IMG/VR virus record: IMGVR_UViG_3300021255_003438
Span: 77,508-104,698 of that record
Direction: 5' to 3' (one strand)
Length of the DNA: 27,191 bases
Origin: a virus
Lineage: Duplodnaviria; Heunggongvirae; Uroviricota; Caudoviricetes
Of this stretch, positions 25,460 to 27,191 are shown in pieces (position 1 is the first letter of the stretch; every line of letters begins with the position of its first letter). The position numbers and the translations under genes are program-made. The notes under the pieces were generated by a model, which worked only from the letters and a program-made list of their open reading frames with translations, did no database searches and had not been told where the DNA came from.

Positions 25460-25771
25460 ATGGGATACGTTTATTTAATAGGAGAAATTGGAAATGAAAA
25501 CAGATTTAAAATTGGGGCTACAAAGTGTAAAGACATTAACAAAAGACTTAAACAATTGCAAACTGGAAATTCAGAAGAATTATATATCAAAGAGTCATTT
25601 GAAACCACACGTCCGTTTAAACTTGAAACAATGCTCCATAATAGGTTTAAAACATCCAACCTTATTGGAGAATGGTTCGAACTTTCAAAAGACGATGTAA
25701 ACAACTTTAAAAACGTTTGCCACAAATTGCAAAATATTATCGATTGCTTAAAAGATAACCCATTTTTTTAG
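25460..25771 (+). CDS. T5orf172/MUG113-like GIY-YIG superfamily protein
   Basis: GYVYLI...FKIG-T...KRLKQLQTGN...LE-MLH-RF...GEWF. Confidence 0.85.
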   Translation: MGYVYLIGEIGNENRFKIGATKCKDINKRLKQLQTGNSEELYIKESFETTRPFKLETMLHNRFKTSNLIGEWFELSKDDVNNFKNVCHKLQNIIDCLKDNPFF

Positions 25772-25820
25772 AAGGGAACTATATACTTGTTGACACAAGT
25801 TCCAATTTTTGGATAAATAT

Positions 25821-25860
25821 AAAAATCTGCAAGAAACATTAAAAGTTCTTGCAGATTTTT
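25821..25860. terminator. Strong symmetric hairpin (probable terminator for the + strand gene)
   Basis: Perfect 15-bp inverted repeat AAAAATCTGCAAGAA / TTCTTGCAGATTTTT with a 10-nt loop. Confidence 0.75.
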
Positions 25861-25932
25861 TATTGATTGATATTGAGCGCATAATATTCAAGCGTGATGA
25901 CTGCCATTGGTATGCACATAGGAATAATGTAT

Positions 25933-25964
25933 AAAGAAAGAGCAACCATTACTGATTGCTCCCT
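25933..25964 (-). terminator. Terminator after the LRR gene
   Basis: RNA AGGGAGCAAUCA-GUAA-UGGUUGCUCUUU (GNRA loop, G-U pairs) followed by U-rich sequence. Confidence 0.7.
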
Positions 25965-25976
25965 TTATTTTTATGT

Positions 25977-27191
25977 TTATGCTGCCGCAGTTTCAACCGT
26001 CCAACCAGTTGGAATACCATTAACACCTTCAACATTCCATGTTGCCGCACTGTTCTTAACAAATGTTCCACTTGCTGCAACATTGTTTACCCAATAATTT
26101 GTACATGATGTACTTGGTGTTGTGGTAAACATTGCTTTTATGTAATTAAGACTTGTACAACCATTGAACATATTATTGTAACAACCACTTTCCAACGTTG
26201 TTGCAGGCAAAACAGGTGCTGTTGTTAGACTTGTACAACCTTGGAACATACCTTGATAACAATAATTTGTTAATGTTATGCCAGGTAATTCAGGTGCTGT
26301 GGTTAGACTTGTACAACCATAGAACATATTTTGGTAACAATAAACTGCCAACGTTGTTGCAGGCAAAACAGGTGCTGTTGTTAGACTTGTACAACCTTGG
26401 AACATACTATTATAACATTGTGTTGCCAACTCTGTTGTAGGTAAAGTTGGTGCTGTGGTCAGACTTGTACAACCATAGAACATATTAGTATAACAACTAT
26501 TTGCTAATGTTGTAGCAGGCAATTTAGGTGCTGTTGTTAGACTTGTACAACCTTGGAACATACTATTATAACAATTAGTTTTTAATGTTGTTGCTGGCAA
26601 AGCAGGTGCTGTAGTCAAACCTGTACAATCTTTGAACATACTATGGTAACAATCACTTGTCAATGTTGTAGCGGGTAACTGAGGTGCTGTTGTAAGACTT
26701 GTACAATGTTCGAACATACTTTGGTAACAATTATATGTCAACGTTGTTGCGGGCAAAGCAGGTGCTGTTGTCAAACTTGTACAACCTTTGAACATACTAC
26801 TATAACAATAATTTACTAACGTTGTTACAAGCAAAGCAGGTGCTATCGTCAAACTTGTACAATTATAGAACATACTATTATAACAATAATCTGCCAATGT
26901 TGTAGCAGGTAATGATAGATTTTTAGCGCTAATTAATTTTGAACAATTAGAAAATAATTGATAAAATGCATACTTTTTACCTGTCAAATCAGTTTGTACA
27001 GTAAAATTATCTCCAAAAAGCAAAGACATTGAATTACCTTCAACATTAAAATTACCAGTTGAACTAAATGTTCCAATGCCATAAGGATTAGAAGTACTTG
27101 GTGTTATTTCTGCCCTCCACATTATCTTACTTCCCACTGTAACGGTAGGTGAAGGAGTATTAGCGGCTAATTCTGTCCAAGTAGCCCCACC
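25977..27191 (-). CDS. 26-residue leucine-rich-repeat protein (BspA/DUF285-like); 5' end outside the window
   Basis: Ten CYxxMFxxCTSLTTAPxLPATTLxxx units plus one degenerate unit. The frame stays open past the track's GTG start to the window end (GGATWTELAANTPSPTVTV...). Confidence 0.85.
   Translation of the reverse strand, partial: GGATWTELAANTPSPTVTVGSKIMWRAEITPSTSNPYGIGTFSSTGNFNVEGNSMSLLFGDNFTVQTDLTGKKYAFYQLFSNCSKLISAKNLSLPATTLADYCYNSMFYNCTSLTIAPALLVTTLVNYCYSSMFKGCTSLTTAPALPATTLTYNCYQSMFEHCTSLTTAPQLPATTLTSDCYHSMFKDCTGLTTAPALPATTLKTNCYNSMFQGCTSLTTAPKLPATTLANSCYTNMFYGCTSLTTAPTLPTTELATQCYNSMFQGCTSLTTAPVLPATTLAVYCYQNMFYGCTSLTTAPELPGITLTNYCYQGMFQGCTSLTTAPVLPATTLESGCYNNMFNGCTSLNYIKAMFTTTPSTSCTNYWVNNVAASGTFVKNSAATWNVEGVNGIPTGWTVETAAA
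26150..26930. repeat. 78-bp tandem coding repeat (LRR units)
   Basis: ACTTGTACAA recurs at 26151, 26229 and onward with a 78-bp period. A 60-bp block is identical at 26192-26251 and 26348-26407. Confidence 0.92.

Noticed and set aside
25748-25945. 65-aa minus ORF, and a 41-aa plus frame (TTG at 25809), in the convergent gap
   Set aside because: Both run through terminator hairpins and lack convincing starts or motifs.
345-26440. Numerous antisense or alternate-frame ORFs in the track (e.g. 345-668, 8587-9345, 11060-11521, 23277-23600, 26198-26440)
   Set aside because: They are shadow frames of well-supported genes, with no promoters or motifs.
1-27191. Stop-codon reassignment (TAG to Gln, as in Lak and some crAss-like phages)
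   Set aside because: All long conserved genes are intact in code 11. TAG ends the T5orf172 gene at a plausible C-terminus (25769-25771), and the other TAG stop (5413-5415) is followed immediately by TAA.
1-27191. Ordinary bacterial chromosome
   Set aside because: Housekeeping genes lack their normal neighbours, are interspersed with small orphan ORFs, and adjoin tail-fibre genes. No ribosomal or metabolic operons are present.
25977-27191. Diversity-generating retroelement, or the 78-bp repeats as a CRISPR array
   Set aside because: The repeats are in-frame coding units without unique spacers. No reverse transcriptase or template repeat is in the window, and I did not establish adenine-specific variation.

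Overview
This window is most likely part of a large (jumbo-type) dsDNA phage infecting Bacteroidota (Prevotella/Bacteroides-like), read in standard code 11. This is an inference; no database search was run. Positions 1-19.2 kb are almost all on the minus strand and form eight transcription units. Each unit starts at a canonical Bacteroidota sigma-A promoter (TTTG-19/20 nt-TAnnTTTGCA), and the seven units complete in the window end at an intrinsic terminator. They carry a dense set of host-like genes: SSB, NAD+ synthetase (NadE), tyrosyl-tRNA synthetase, a DUF2828/VWA protein, an RpoD-like sigma factor, IF3, a macrodomain protein, an AAA+ ATPase, DnaJ, DnaK, two phosphatases and a PD-(D/E)XK nuclease, mixed with small hypothetical genes. 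Positions 19.3-27.2 kb hold probable virion or receptor-binding genes with no complete sigma-A promoter: two BACON/Ig-like proteins, a tail fibre with an S74 chaperone domain, and a 26-residue LRR protein. A T5orf172 nuclease gene sits antisense among them. The host-like genes lack their usual bacterial neighbours (no thrS/rpmI/rplT beside infC, no grpE beside dnaJ), which argues against a host chromosome. The main leads are a duplicated fused terminator-promoter cassette, an early NadE gene, a divergent copy of the host primary sigma factor with a candidate late-promoter box, a DUF2828-TyrRS pair, a split Vsr/DUF559-like endonuclease, and four small ORFs missing from the ORF track. No tRNA, rRNA, CRISPR array, integrase or reverse transcriptase was seen.
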